Position numbers and translations under genes: made by a program
Assembly (NCBI GenBank): GCA_050297095.1
Contig: JBNKSB010000102.1
Coordinates: 1 to 46,792, forward strand
Direction of reading: 5' to 3'
DNA length: 46,792 bases
Source of the DNA: Pontiella sp.
GTDB taxonomy: Bacteria; Verrucomicrobiota; Kiritimatiellia; Kiritimatiellales; Pontiellaceae
Shown: positions 1-9,030 of the stretch, piece after piece
How the letters are laid out: every line of letters starts with the position of its first letter
Numbering within the stretch: position 1 is the stretch's first letter
The notes under the pieces: model-generated
Databases searched by the model: none
Told to the model about the DNA's origin: nothing
Seen by the model: the letters and a program-made list of their open reading frames with translations, nothing else

Positions 1-566
1 AAATAGGCCTCGCGTACGAGGGCGCGGACTTCCGCCATTTCGGCGATTCGCTCGGCGATGATGTCGCGCGCACATTGCAGGGCTTCCTCGGCGGTTTTAA
101 CTTCCTTCTCTTCGTTGATGAAGGAGACGGCTTCGGCGTCCGGCGTGCCCTGACCCTGCTGCCAAATGAGTTCAGCCAGCGGCTCGAGCCCCTTTTCCTT
201 CGCGATGGTGGCGCGCGTGCGGCGCTTGGGCTTGTAGGGGAGATAGAGGTCTTCGAGGACAGTCTTCGAGATACACTCTTCAATCTTTAGCCGGAGATCG
301 TCGGTCAGCTTGCCCTGTTCCTCGATCGACTTGAGAATCGTCTGACGGCGCGCTTCGAGCGAGTTGTAGTAGGTCAGCTTTTCCTGGATGTCCGAGATCT
401 GGACTTCATCGAGGTTGCCGTGGGCCTCCTTGCGGTAGCGGGCAATAAAGGGAACGGTGTTGCCTTCGGCAAACAGTTTCGCAACGGCGGCTACCTGCCG
501 GGCGGAAATATTGAGGTCCTTCGAGGCCAGCGGAACGGGGTCAAAGAGAGGTGCTTCTGTTGTCAT
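1..566 (-). CDS. tex: Tex family RNA-binding transcriptional accessory protein (5' part; runs off the left edge)
   Basis: Manual minus-strand translation from ATG 566: MTTEAPLFDPVPLASKDLNISARQVAAVAKLFAEGNTVPFIARYRKEAHGNLDEVQI...LEDLYLPYKPKRRTRATIAKEKGLEPLA. TVPFIARYRKE and EDLYLPYKPKRRTRA are Tex N-terminal hallmarks. Absent from the ORF track because it is truncated. Confidence 0.93.
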   Translation of the reverse strand, partial: MTTEAPLFDPVPLASKDLNISARQVAAVAKLFAEGNTVPFIARYRKEAHGNLDEVQISDIQEKLTYYNSLEARRQTILKSIEEQGKLTDDLRLKIEECISKTVLEDLYLPYKPKRRTRATIAKEKGLEPLAELIWQQGQGTPDAEAVSFINEEKEVKTAEEALQCARDIIAERIAEMAEVRALVREAY

Positions 567-690
567 AAACCGGGTTTTCCTATTGTGAAATCGAGCACAA
601 GAGAGTCTAAAAACAAGCAAAAGGAGTCAAGTTTGGGGAGAAAAATCCTGAGGGGGTACTCTGCAAAATCAACCGGTTAAGTATCGTGTT

Positions 691-899
691 TCATGTGATT
701 TCCTGCCGGATTATTCCGAGCTGCGTAATCGTTTCGATGTCTTTGGCCGTCCCATTGCCTTTCGGAATTTTTAATGGTGGATAGGGCTTGGTCCTGGCGG
801 CGCAGGCGTTCAGTAGAAGTAAGGCGCAGATTGGCCCGGATCAGGGGAATACCAATTCCGTATGCCTCCGCTTCTTCATGAACATTCGATATTTTTCAT
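691..899 (-). pseudogene. Decayed remnant: small 'G(I/V)D..LIRANLRLTxxERLRR' protein fused to a nucleotidyltransferase-like C-terminal tail
   Basis: ATG at 899, 2 nt after the glnS stop. Three 1-nt frameshifts give MK/ISNVHEEAEAYGIGIPLIRANLRLTSTERLRRQDQALSTIK/FRKAMGRP/KDIETITQLGIIRQEIT*. Family assignment is from recall of similar gene pairs, not a search. Confidence 0.45.
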
Positions 900-901
900 G
901 C

Positions 902-2560
902 CTACATTTTTTTTGGAGCGCGGAGGGTGAGGGTGCGGTTGAAGACGGGCTTATTTGGATTGTGGTCAAGGTCGGCGCAGAAGTAGCCGACGCGCTCGAA
1001 CTGGAAGCGCGTGCCGGGCTCCACGGTGGCAAGCATCGGTTCAAGTTTGGCGGTGATCACTTCCAGCGAATCAGGATTGAGGAAATCCTTGAAATCCTTC
1101 TCCTTGTCGCCTAGCGGGTTTTCGACCGTGTAAAGCCGCTCGTAGAGGCGGACCTCGGCGTCGACGGCGTGTTTTGCGGATACCCAGTGGATGGTGCTGC
1201 GGACCTTGCGGCCGTCGGGGGCGCTGCCGCCCTTCGTTTCGGGATCGTAGGTGCAACGCAGTTCGACCACGTTACCATCGGCGTCCTTGATCACTTCATT
1301 GCAGGTGACGAGATAAGCCCCACGAATGCGAACTTCCCGTCCGATGGTGAAGCCCTTGAATTTGTTGGGCGCATCGTCCATGTAGTCGGTGCGCTCGATC
1401 CACAGTTCGCGGCTGAAGGGCACCTTTCGTTTACCTTCCTCTTCCTTCTGCGGATGGTTCGGAACCTCGAATTCCTCGGTGAGGTCTTCGGGGTAGTTTT
1501 CGATCACGACCTTGATTGGATCGACTACGGCCATGGCGCGCAACGAATTTTCGTTGAGGTCGTCTCGGACAATACTTTCGAATAGCTCGATTTCGGTAAT
1601 GCCTTCAAACTTGGTGCAACCGACTGTCGCGCAGAGTTTCTTGATGGCTTCGGGAGTGAAGCCACGGCGGCGCATCCCGCAGAGGGTTGGCATGCGGGGA
1701 TCGTCCCATCCACTGACGCGGCCCTCGTTGACCAACTGCAGCAGGCGGCGTTTACTGAGCACGATGTAGGTCAGGTTCAGCTTCGAAAACTCGTACTGCC
1801 GCGAATGGAATACATCCAGTTCCTCGAGAATCCAGTCATAGAGCGGGCGGTGCACCTCGAATTCCATGGTGCACATGGAGTGGGTAACGCCTTCGATGGA
1901 ATCTTCGATGCAGTGGGCGAAGTCATACATGGGATAGATGCACCACTTGTCGCCGGTGTTGTGGTGGGAGGCGTGTTTGATGCGGTAGATGGCGGGATCG
2001 CGCATGTGCAGGTTCGGGGAGGACATGTCGATCCTGGCACGCAGCACGTACGTCCCATCTTCGAACTCGCCATTTTTCATCTTTTCAAAAAGTTCGAGGT
2101 TTTCCTCTATGGAACGGTTGCGGCCCGGCGGTTCCTTTCCGGGTTCAGTGGGGATGCCGCGGTGGTCCTTGAACTCGTCCTTGGAAAGTTCGCAGACGTA
2201 GGCTTTGCCCTTCTTGATCAGGCGCACGGCGTATTCGTACATCGTGTCAAAATAGTTTGATGCCCAATAGACGTGGTCGCCCCAGTCGTAGCCGAGCCAC
2301 TTGATGTCGTTCTGAATGGCACGCACATATTCGTCGTCTTCCGCTTCGGGGTTGGTGTCGTCGAAGCGCAGGTGGCAGCGGCCGTTGTATTTTTCGGCCG
2401 TACCGAAGTCGAGATAGATCGCCTTTGCATGGCCGATGTGGAGATAGCCGTTGGGTTCCGGCGGGAAGCGGGTCACCACTTCGGTGCGCTTGCCGGACGC
2501 GAGGTCGGCATCAATGATGTCGTGGATAAAATTGGTCGTCTTGACTTCTTCGTTGTTCAT
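902..2560 (-). CDS. glnS: Glutamine--tRNA ligase
   Basis: [15 protein letters not shown] (HIGH motif), FDDTNP, LSKR (KMSKS-like), [18 protein letters not shown]; 552 aa with no YqeY tail. Confidence 0.97.
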   Translation of the reverse strand: MNNEEVKTTNFIHDIIDADLASGKRTEVVTRFPPEPNGYLHIGHAKAIYLDFGTAEKYNGRCHLRFDDTNPEAEDDEYVRAIQNDIKWLGYDWGDHVYWASNYFDTMYEYAVRLIKKGKAYVCELSKDEFKDHRGIPTEPGKEPPGRNRSIEENLELFEKMKNGEFEDGTYVLRARIDMSSPNLHMRDPAIYRIKHASHHNTGDKWCIYPMYDFAHCIEDSIEGVTHSMCTMEFEVHRPLYDWILEELDVFHSRQYEFSKLNLTYIVLSKRRLLQLVNEGRVSGWDDPRMPTLCGMRRRGFTPEAIKKLCATVGCTKFEGITEIELFESIVRDDLNENSLRAMAVVDPIKVVIENYPEDLTEEFEVPNHPQKEEEGKRKVPFSRELWIERTDYMDDAPNKFKGFTIGREVRIRGAYLVTCNEVIKDADGNVVELRCTYDPETKGGSAPDGRKVRSTIHWVSAKHAVDAEVRLYERLYTVENPLGDKEKDFKDFLNPDSLEVITAKLEPMLATVEPGTRFQFERVGYFCADLDHNPNKPVFNRTLTLRAPKKM

Positions 2561-2668
2561 GGAAACGTATTCCGTAGTGCGTTTTTAGCGGCTTTTCCAC
2601 CCGTTGGAAAAGACCCGCCTTTTATGGGCGATTCGCGGGAGCAGTTCAACCCTTTCGGCATGCAAAAC

Positions 2669-2707
2669 AAAAGGCCGGCAGGTTGTGGAGCCTGCCGGCC
2701 TTTTTTT
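2669..2707. terminator. Intrinsic terminator hairpin downstream of the redoxin gene pair
   Basis: AAAAGGCCGGCAGG-ttgtggag-CCTGCCGGCCTTTT with A/T tracts on both sides. Confidence 0.8.
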
Positions 2708-2721
2708 AGGGCAAGAAGGGG

Positions 2722-3321
2722 TTAGCGGAACTTGATCGAGCAGCCTACCGCTTTGGTTTCGGGTTTCTCGACCGGTTGTCCGGCCAGCAGGGCCTCCAGT
2801 GCATTTCTCAAGTATGCTTCGCCCCCTTTCTTGGGCACGCGTCCGCCTTCGCTGACTGCCCCCTTGTAGGCCAGTTTTCCTTCGGCATTAAAGAGGAATA
2901 CATCCGGGGTCTTGCTTGCCCCGAAGTGGCGGGCGACATCCGACGTGGAATCCACCACGTAGGGGAATGCATATTCCTGCTTTTCAGCCATTTCTTTCAT
3001 GCCGTCAAAGTCATCCACCGGATAGGCCGTTGGATCGTTGGCATTGATGAACACGATGCCAAATCCCTTTTTCTGATACTCGTTCCCAATGGCGACCATT
3101 TCCTTTTGCCAGGCTTTCACAAAAGGGCAGTGGTTGCAGGTGAAGATGACCAGCGTACCTTTTTCACCTTTGTTGCTATTGATGGTCGTCTGCATTCCAT
3201 CCACGTTTTCCATTTTAACATCTCCGTCAGGCATGGCCGCGCCGATGTCCAGCGCGAGGGCCGGCGTTGCAACGGTCAGTAGACCGAGTAGTAAAACTCC
3301 GGTTATGTCGTGTCGTTTCAT
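2722..3321 (-). CDS. Exported thioredoxin-fold/redoxin (AhpC/TSA, PRX-like) protein
   Basis: Signal peptide (..ATPALA), FTCNHCPFV CxxC motif, TPDVFLF, C-terminal GCSIK. Confidence 0.85.
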   Translation of the reverse strand: MKRHDITGVLLLGLLTVATPALALDIGAAMPDGDVKMENVDGMQTTINSNKGEKGTLVIFTCNHCPFVKAWQKEMVAIGNEYQKKGFGIVFINANDPTAYPVDDFDGMKEMAEKQEYAFPYVVDSTSDVARHFGASKTPDVFLFNAEGKLAYKGAVSEGGRVPKKGGEAYLRNALEALLAGQPVEKPETKAVGCSIKFR

Positions 3322-3334
3322 GCTATTGCTCCTT

Positions 3335-3832
3335 TCATGGGCTTAACAACGGTGTGATGGTATCTATGTATTCCTGAGCGCTCCGTTTGCCCTGCCATTC
3401 CGCCACCAGGGTTCCGTTTGCATCAAAGAAAAAGGAGGCTGGCAGCGCACCGGTCCAGTTCGTGGAGAACATCTCTATGAACTCCTGGTTCAGTTCCGTG
3501 GATACCAAGCTTCCAACCGGCGATTGCTGCTCCTGAAGAAATTGGTTGACCTTATCCAGATCGGTGTTGGGATTATCCGCCGAGACTAGGAGGAGTTGCA
3601 GACCGCTTTTTCGGGTTTCTCGGTAGGCCTCCAGCAGTTCAGGAAACTCTTTGCGGCAGGGATCGCACCAGGTGGCCCAGACATGCACCAGGGTCAGCGG
3701 GGCGGTGGCGCTCCGGATCGATTCCTCAATCTGTTGCGGCGTGGCCGGTGTGCCGGTGGGCGGTGGAGAGCAAGCCGCAAGACATGCGGTAAGCATTGAT
3801 AGGGTCAATAGTTGTTTGATTCCTTTGATCAT
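3335..3832 (-). CDS. TlpA/ResA-like thiol-disulfide oxidoreductase, lipoprotein
   Basis: Lipobox LAAC, WATWCDPCRKEFP active site, GALP cis-Pro loop. Confidence 0.85.
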   Translation of the reverse strand: MIKGIKQLLTLSMLTACLAACSPPPTGTPATPQQIEESIRSATAPLTLVHVWATWCDPCRKEFPELLEAYRETRKSGLQLLLVSADNPNTDLDKVNQFLQEQQSPVGSLVSTELNQEFIEMFSTNWTGALPASFFFDANGTLVAEWQGKRSAQEYIDTITPLLSP

Positions 3833-3909
3833 AAGCTCGGTTTCATCCCCTTGACATGCCAGGCAAATACGACTTTATTGGTGCCAATTCAAATACAACA
3901 AGAGACATC

Positions 3910-4683
3910 ATGAAAATTGCCACGTTCAATGCCAATTCCATTCGATCCCGATTGCCGATCATCCTGCAGTGGCTTGCAGCCCATCAGCCCAATGTGCTCG
4001 GGATTCAGGAAACGAAAGTGCAGGACGACGATTTTCCGATAGAGGCTTTTGAGGACGCGGGGTGGCACGTCGTATTCAAGGGGGAAAAGTCGTACAATGG
4101 CGTAGCGCTGATCTGCAAGAGCGAGCCGGAAGAGGTCCGGTTTGGATTCAATGACGGCGGGCCGGCGGATGAGACTCGGTTGATCCGCGCTGTGGTGGAT
4201 GGTGTTTCGGTGGTGAACACCTATGTTCCGCAGGGGAGGGCTATCGATCATGCGATGTACAAATACAAGTTGCGCTGGTACAAGCGCCTCAAGAAACTGT
4301 TTGAACGCGAATATTCTTCAGATCAGCCGGTGGCGTGGATCGGCGACATCAATATTGCGGTAGAACCGATTGACGTATCGAATCCAGATAGTCACAAGAA
4401 CGATCCGTGCTTTCATGTCGATGCGCACAACGCATTTCTGGAAACCTGCTCATTCGGATTCGAAGATGTCTTTCGCAAGCACCATCCCGGCGAGGAGCTG
4501 TATTCCTTTTTTGACTATCGGGTTAAAAACGCGGTGGACCGGAACATAGGCTGGCGAATTGACTATGTACTCGCAACGCCGCCACTGGCCGAAAAGAGCG
4601 TTTCGTGCGAGATCGATCTGGAGCCGCGCCGGATGGAAAAGCCGTCGGACCACGCCTTCATGATTGCCGAGTTTGATATGTAA
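3910..4683 (+). CDS. xth: Exodeoxyribonuclease III
   Basis: MKIATFNANSIRSR, IQETK, YNGVA, YVPQG, GDINIA, GWRIDY, SDH motifs. Start moved to ATG 3910. Confidence 0.95.
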   Translation: MKIATFNANSIRSRLPIILQWLAAHQPNVLGIQETKVQDDDFPIEAFEDAGWHVVFKGEKSYNGVALICKSEPEEVRFGFNDGGPADETRLIRAVVDGVSVVNTYVPQGRAIDHAMYKYKLRWYKRLKKLFEREYSSDQPVAWIGDINIAVEPIDVSNPDSHKNDPCFHVDAHNAFLETCSFGFEDVFRKHHPGEELYSFFDYRVKNAVDRNIGWRIDYVLATPPLAEKSVSCEIDLEPRRMEKPSDHAFMIAEFDM

Positions 4684-4723
4684 CGGGCAATGCTATCGTA
4701 TAGAGGACGGAAGCTTTTGCTAT

Positions 4724-5602
4724 TCAGAGCTGCTCGATTGAGTATCCTTTGGCCCTAAGCAGTTCCAGCAGCCCCTTCTTTCCGGCCAGGTGGGCCGCAC
4801 CGACTACGACCATGTATTTTTTCTCTTTGTCAGCCATGCAATCGAGTTTGTCTGCCCAGGTTTTGTTTCGGTCGGTAACGAATTGCTCATACAGGTTCGG
4901 ATAATCTTTGAAGCTTTCCTTTACCAACGCATTCAACTTGTCAAGATTACCCTTTTTCCACGCTCCAAGCATGTCATCCATCATGGTTTCGATTTGTTCA
5001 AGTTCCTTGAGGGCATGTTTCGCGAAAGCATTCTGGTTCCCTTCCGACAGGGCGTCGAAGAGGTTGATCTGGAACTCCACGGTTTCGAGTCCAATCTCCT
5101 TTTTCCCATCGGCCAGGGCTTTGCGGTGGAAATATTGGTCAAGGCCCATGTTCGGATTCAGCCCCATGGCCATCATGCGAACCTCCATCAGTGTCATGAG
5201 TGCAAACCAAGGCTTGAATTGCTGCATGGCTTCGGGAGGGAGCCCTGACTCGGCCAGCTTCTTTTCCAGCGTTGCGTACAGGTCGGGATCCAGTTCGTTT
5301 TCAAGGGTCTTCCCCGCCGGGAGCATTGCTTTCTGAAGCAGGAGTTGTTGCGATTCCGCCGTCAGCATTTTAGTGATGTCCGTCTCAAAAATCAGCGTGT
5401 CGCTGTTTGCATAGGCCTCTTCGATGGCGGGGTCGAGCGGGTAGTCCGACGCTTTCAGGAGGTGGACCGATCCCTGAAGATAGAATGTCCCCCGCTCGGA
5501 CGAAGCCTTCCAAAGGCAGTTTTCAGCCGATGCAGTTGCCGAGAGCAGCACAAGAGCCAGAAAAGAGTGGATGTACTTGTAGGAAATTTGTCTTTGATTC
5601 AT
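4724..5602 (-). CDS. TraB/GumN family exported protein
   Basis: Signal peptide, LWK..FYLQGSVH, FETD, GLD, GLET..Q, RNKTW, VVVGAAHL motifs. Confidence 0.85.
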   Translation of the reverse strand: MNQRQISYKYIHSFLALVLLSATASAENCLWKASSERGTFYLQGSVHLLKASDYPLDPAIEEAYANSDTLIFETDITKMLTAESQQLLLQKAMLPAGKTLENELDPDLYATLEKKLAESGLPPEAMQQFKPWFALMTLMEVRMMAMGLNPNMGLDQYFHRKALADGKKEIGLETVEFQINLFDALSEGNQNAFAKHALKELEQIETMMDDMLGAWKKGNLDKLNALVKESFKDYPNLYEQFVTDRNKTWADKLDCMADKEKKYMVVVGAAHLAGKKGLLELLRAKGYSIEQL

Positions 5603-5683
5603 CGCAGCTCCTTGGTTTTGGGGACATTCTACAGTTTTCGGTGGTTGCGGGAAGCTCTAACGAAAGCCTGATATTGTAAAACC

Positions 5684-5711
5684 TTGCCTCCCTTGAAACA
5701 GGAAATATAAT
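5684..5711 (+). promoter_or_regulatory. Putative sigma70 promoter for the first mscS
   Basis: TTGCCT-16 nt-TATAAT, about 50 nt upstream of the ATG at 5762. Confidence 0.5.
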
Positions 5712-5761
5712 CCTCCACGTTCTGTGAAGACATTTAACAGGCTAAAAGAAGGGAGCATGAA

Positions 5762-6583
5762 ATGAGCGTGGATAAAATCATTGGTACGGTGCAGAACCTG
5801 CTGGTTACCTATGGCGGCAGGGTTGTCGGGGCGATCCTTGTCCTGATCATCGGTATGTGGGTAGCTAAGGCGATCAAGAATGGAATTGTAAAGGTGATGA
5901 AAAAAAGGTCGGTCGATCCCTCCTTGATTTCATTTCTTTCCTGCCTTGGCCATGTTGCCTTGCAGGTGTTTGTGGTGATTGCCGCCTTGGGCATACTCAA
6001 CATTCCAACGGCGTCGTTTGTCGCCGTTCTTGGTGCCGCAGGTCTGGCGGTTGGTTTGGCATTGCAGGGTTCGCTTTCCAATTTTGCGGCCGGGGTGCTG
6101 ATGATCATCTTCAAGCCGATCAAGGTGGGTGATTTTGTCGAGGCCGGTGGAGCTGTCGGCAGCGTCGAGGAGATCGGGATTTTTACAACGGTCCTGAAGT
6201 CGCCCGACAACAAGCGGATCATCGTGCCGAATTCAGGGGTAACCGGAAGCAACATCACGAACTTCAATGTCAACGGTACGCGGCGCATCGAGATTGTGGC
6301 CGGCATCAGCTACGACGACGATATCGACAAGGCGAAGGCCATTCTCAACGAAATCGTTTCCTCCGATGCGCGTATCCTCAAGGATCCGGCTCCGCAGGTT
6401 GCCATGAGCGCCATGGCCGACAGCAGCGTCAACTTTGTCGTGCGGCCGTGGGTCAAGCCCGAGGACTACTGGGGCGTCTTCTTCGATACGACCGAAACCA
6501 TCAAGAAAAAGTTCGACGAAGCGGACATCACCATTCCGTATCCCCAGCGCGACGTGCACATCTACGAGCATAAGAGTCAATAG
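5762..6583 (+). CDS. mscS: Small-conductance mechanosensitive channel (copy 1)
   Basis: Three TM segments, GAAGLAVGLALQGSLSNFAAG, GDFVE..G.VEEIGIFTT, IVPNS, IPYPQRDVH. Confidence 0.93.
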   Translation: MSVDKIIGTVQNLLVTYGGRVVGAILVLIIGMWVAKAIKNGIVKVMKKRSVDPSLISFLSCLGHVALQVFVVIAALGILNIPTASFVAVLGAAGLAVGLALQGSLSNFAAGVLMIIFKPIKVGDFVEAGGAVGSVEEIGIFTTVLKSPDNKRIIVPNSGVTGSNITNFNVNGTRRIEIVAGISYDDDIDKAKAILNEIVSSDARILKDPAPQVAMSAMADSSVNFVVRPWVKPEDYWGVFFDTTETIKKKFDEADITIPYPQRDVHIYEHKSQ

Positions 6584-6607
6584 GGAGACATTCAACTGGA
6601 TTAATCC

Positions 6608-6639
6608 AAGCCGGAAGCAAGAACGCTTCCGGCTTTTTT
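6608..6639 (+). terminator. Intrinsic terminator between the two mscS copies
   Basis: AAGCCGGAAGC-aagaac-GCTTCCGGCTT followed by a T run. Confidence 0.8.
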
Positions 6640-6724
6640 GTTTCCATATGATCGCTTGAAAGCTGTTCCAAGCCTTTATACGCTCAGTTCAATCAACGCA
6701 GGGTTAAACAGAAAGGATATGCAA

Positions 6725-7594
6725 ATGGAAAATTCAACGAACGTTGTCACGGACGCGGCTTCCGCTGTGCTTGATAAATACAGCCAAGCCGTAGATACGG
6801 CGCAAGATATGGGCGTTAAGTACGGAATGAAGTCTCTCGGGGCCATTGCGATCCTGATTATAGGGATGTGGGTGGCCAAGCTGGCCAAGAAGGTCGTCGT
6901 GAAGCTGATGCAAGGCAGCAAGGTTGATCCAACGCTGATTTCGTTTGTATCAAGTCTGGCCCATGTGGCCCTGCAGGTATTTGTGGTGATTGCCGCCATG
7001 GGCGTACTTAACATTCCAACGGCGTCGTTTGTTGCCGTGCTGGGTGCCGCCGGTCTGGCCATTGGTCTGGCCTTGCAGGGCTCGCTGTCGAACTTTGCGG
7101 CCGGAGTGCTGATGATTATCTTCAAACCTTTCCGGGTTGGGGAACTGATCGATGCTGGCGGGGTTCTTGGAACCGTGCGGGAGATCGGTATTTTCACGAC
7201 GGTGATCGATACGCTCGACAATCGGAAAACCATCGTTCCAAATGCAAAGCTGACCGACGACAGTATTACAAACTATTCGGCCAACAACACGCGCCGTGTC
7301 GATCTGGTGGCGGGCATTAGTTATGGCGACGATATCGATAAGGCTCGGGCCGCGATTGAGGCCGCACTGGCTGAGGTTCCCGGAATTCTCGAGAATCCGA
7401 AGCCTGATATTTTTGTTTCGGAAATGGCGGACAGCAGCGTCAACTTCGCCGTACGACCCTGGTGCAAGCCGGCAGATTACTGGGCGGTATATTTCGGGGT
7501 TACCGAGGCCATCAAGAAGCGTTTTGACGCGGAAGACATTACCATTCCGTTTCCGCAGCGGGATGTTCACCTCTTCGAGCACAAGGGCGAATAG
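6725..7594 (+). CDS. mscS: Small-conductance mechanosensitive channel (copy 2)
   Basis: Same MscS motifs as copy 1 (GLAIGLALQGSLSNFAAG, IPFPQRDVH). Start placed at ATG 6725 after AAGGA. Confidence 0.92.
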   Translation: MENSTNVVTDAASAVLDKYSQAVDTAQDMGVKYGMKSLGAIAILIIGMWVAKLAKKVVVKLMQGSKVDPTLISFVSSLAHVALQVFVVIAAMGVLNIPTASFVAVLGAAGLAIGLALQGSLSNFAAGVLMIIFKPFRVGELIDAGGVLGTVREIGIFTTVIDTLDNRKTIVPNAKLTDDSITNYSANNTRRVDLVAGISYGDDIDKARAAIEAALAEVPGILENPKPDIFVSEMADSSVNFAVRPWCKPADYWAVYFGVTEAIKKRFDAEDITIPFPQRDVHLFEHKGE

Positions 7595-7620
7595 CCCTTC
7601 GTTCATCCAGGCCCTAAGGG

Positions 7621-7659
7621 AACCGCCGCGAAGGATGTACCATGCGGCGGTTTTTTTTT
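7621..7659 (+). terminator. Intrinsic terminator after mscS copy 2 (convergent with icd)
   Basis: AACCGCCGCG...TGCGGCGGTT followed by a long T run. Confidence 0.75.
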
Positions 7660-7675
7660 GCCGGTGTCCGGGAAG

Positions 7676-8935
7676 CTACATGTTGGCGACGACGCTGTCG
7701 GCAAACTCGGAGCAGGACAGCAGGGTGGCGTCTTCCATCAGATAGGCGAAGTCGGCCGTAACCGTTTTGTTGCGGATGGTCGTATCAACCGCTTGAAGCA
7801 CCAGGTCGGCCGCCTCGCTCCATGGTAGGTAGCGCAGAAGCATTTCACCGGAGAGGATCAGCGAGCAGGGGTTGGCTTTGTTCTTTCCCGCAATGTCGGG
7901 CGCGGTGCCGTGGGTGGCTTCGAAGACGGCCTTGCCATCCTGATAGTTGATGTTGGCGCCGGGGGAGATGCCGATCCCGCCTACGCATGCCGCGAGGGCG
8001 TCGGAGGCATAGTCGCCATTGAGATTCAGGGTTGCAATCACATCATAGTCCTGCGGCTTGAGCAGGATATTCTGTAGGAAGGCATCGCAGATGCAGTCCT
8101 TTACGACCACGTCTTCGCCGGTGTGCGGGTTGACAATTGTGTAGACCTTCTCCGTCCCGTGGAAGACCGCCCCGAATTCCTCTTCAGCCAGTTCGATGCC
8201 CCATTTCAGAAACGCGCCTTCGGTAAACTTCATTATGTTGCCCTTGTGCACGATCGTTACCGATTTCCTGTTGTTATGGATGGCGTATTCAATGGCGGCA
8301 CGGATCAAACGCTGGGAGCCGCTCTTGGAGACCGGCTTGATGCCAATACCGGAATCTTCCGGGAAGCGTATGTTGCTCACGCCCATTTCGCTTTGCAGGA
8401 AGTCGATCACCTTTTGAACCTCGGGCGAGCCTTCCGCCCACTCGATTCCCGCATAGATGTCTTCCGAATTTTCGCGGAAGACGACCATGTCGACGAGTTC
8501 AGGGTTATGGACAGGGGAGGGTACGCCATTAAACCATTTCACCGGGCGTTGACAGGCATAGAGATCGAGTTGCTGGCGAAGGGTGACGTTGAGGCTACGT
8601 CGTCCGCCACCCACGGGGGTGGTAAGCGGGCCCTTGATTGCCACGCGGTAATCATCAATTGCCTGCAGGGTTTCATTCGGCAGCCAGGTGTCCGCACCAT
8701 AGACGTCGTTGGCTTTTTCGCCGGCATAGATTTCCATCCATTGGATTTTGCGTTGACTGCCATAGGCTTTGTTGACGGCCGCATCGATGATCTTGATCAT
8801 GGCCGCGGTAATTTCAGGGCCGACTCCGTCCCCTTCGATATACGGGATAATGGGCTTGTCGGGAACATTGAGGTGCCCGTATTCGCGCATGGTGATTTTT
8901 TCGCCTTCGGGAACCTTGATTTTATCATAACCCAT
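7676..8935 (-). CDS. icd: NADP-dependent isocitrate dehydrogenase (E. coli-type dimeric)
   Basis: [62 protein letters not shown]. Start placed at ATG 8935 after GGAGG. Confidence 0.95.
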   Translation of the reverse strand: MGYDKIKVPEGEKITMREYGHLNVPDKPIIPYIEGDGVGPEITAAMIKIIDAAVNKAYGSQRKIQWMEIYAGEKANDVYGADTWLPNETLQAIDDYRVAIKGPLTTPVGGGRRSLNVTLRQQLDLYACQRPVKWFNGVPSPVHNPELVDMVVFRENSEDIYAGIEWAEGSPEVQKVIDFLQSEMGVSNIRFPEDSGIGIKPVSKSGSQRLIRAAIEYAIHNNRKSVTIVHKGNIMKFTEGAFLKWGIELAEEEFGAVFHGTEKVYTIVNPHTGEDVVVKDCICDAFLQNILLKPQDYDVIATLNLNGDYASDALAACVGGIGISPGANINYQDGKAVFEATHGTAPDIAGKNKANPCSLILSGEMLLRYLPWSEAADLVLQAVDTTIRNKTVTADFAYLMEDATLLSCSEFADSVVANM

Positions 8936-8980
8936 GAGCCTGCCCTCCAATTCAATCCTACAATTAAGAATAGGTAATAA

Positions 8981-8998
8981 ATATGATAATCATATCAT
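8981..8998. promoter_or_regulatory. AT-rich palindrome upstream of icd resembling a Fur-family box
   Basis: ATATGAT-A-ATCATAT perfect 7-1-7 repeat (8981-8995), overlapping ATGATA-N4-TATCAT. Confidence 0.4.
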
Positions 8999-9030
8999 TG
9001 TAAAGTTTTTGGTGCCACTCGATTCGATCG

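Noticed and set aside
75-680. Plus-strand ORFs 75-290 and 420-680
   Set aside because: Antisense shadows of the truncated tex gene; no recognisable motifs.
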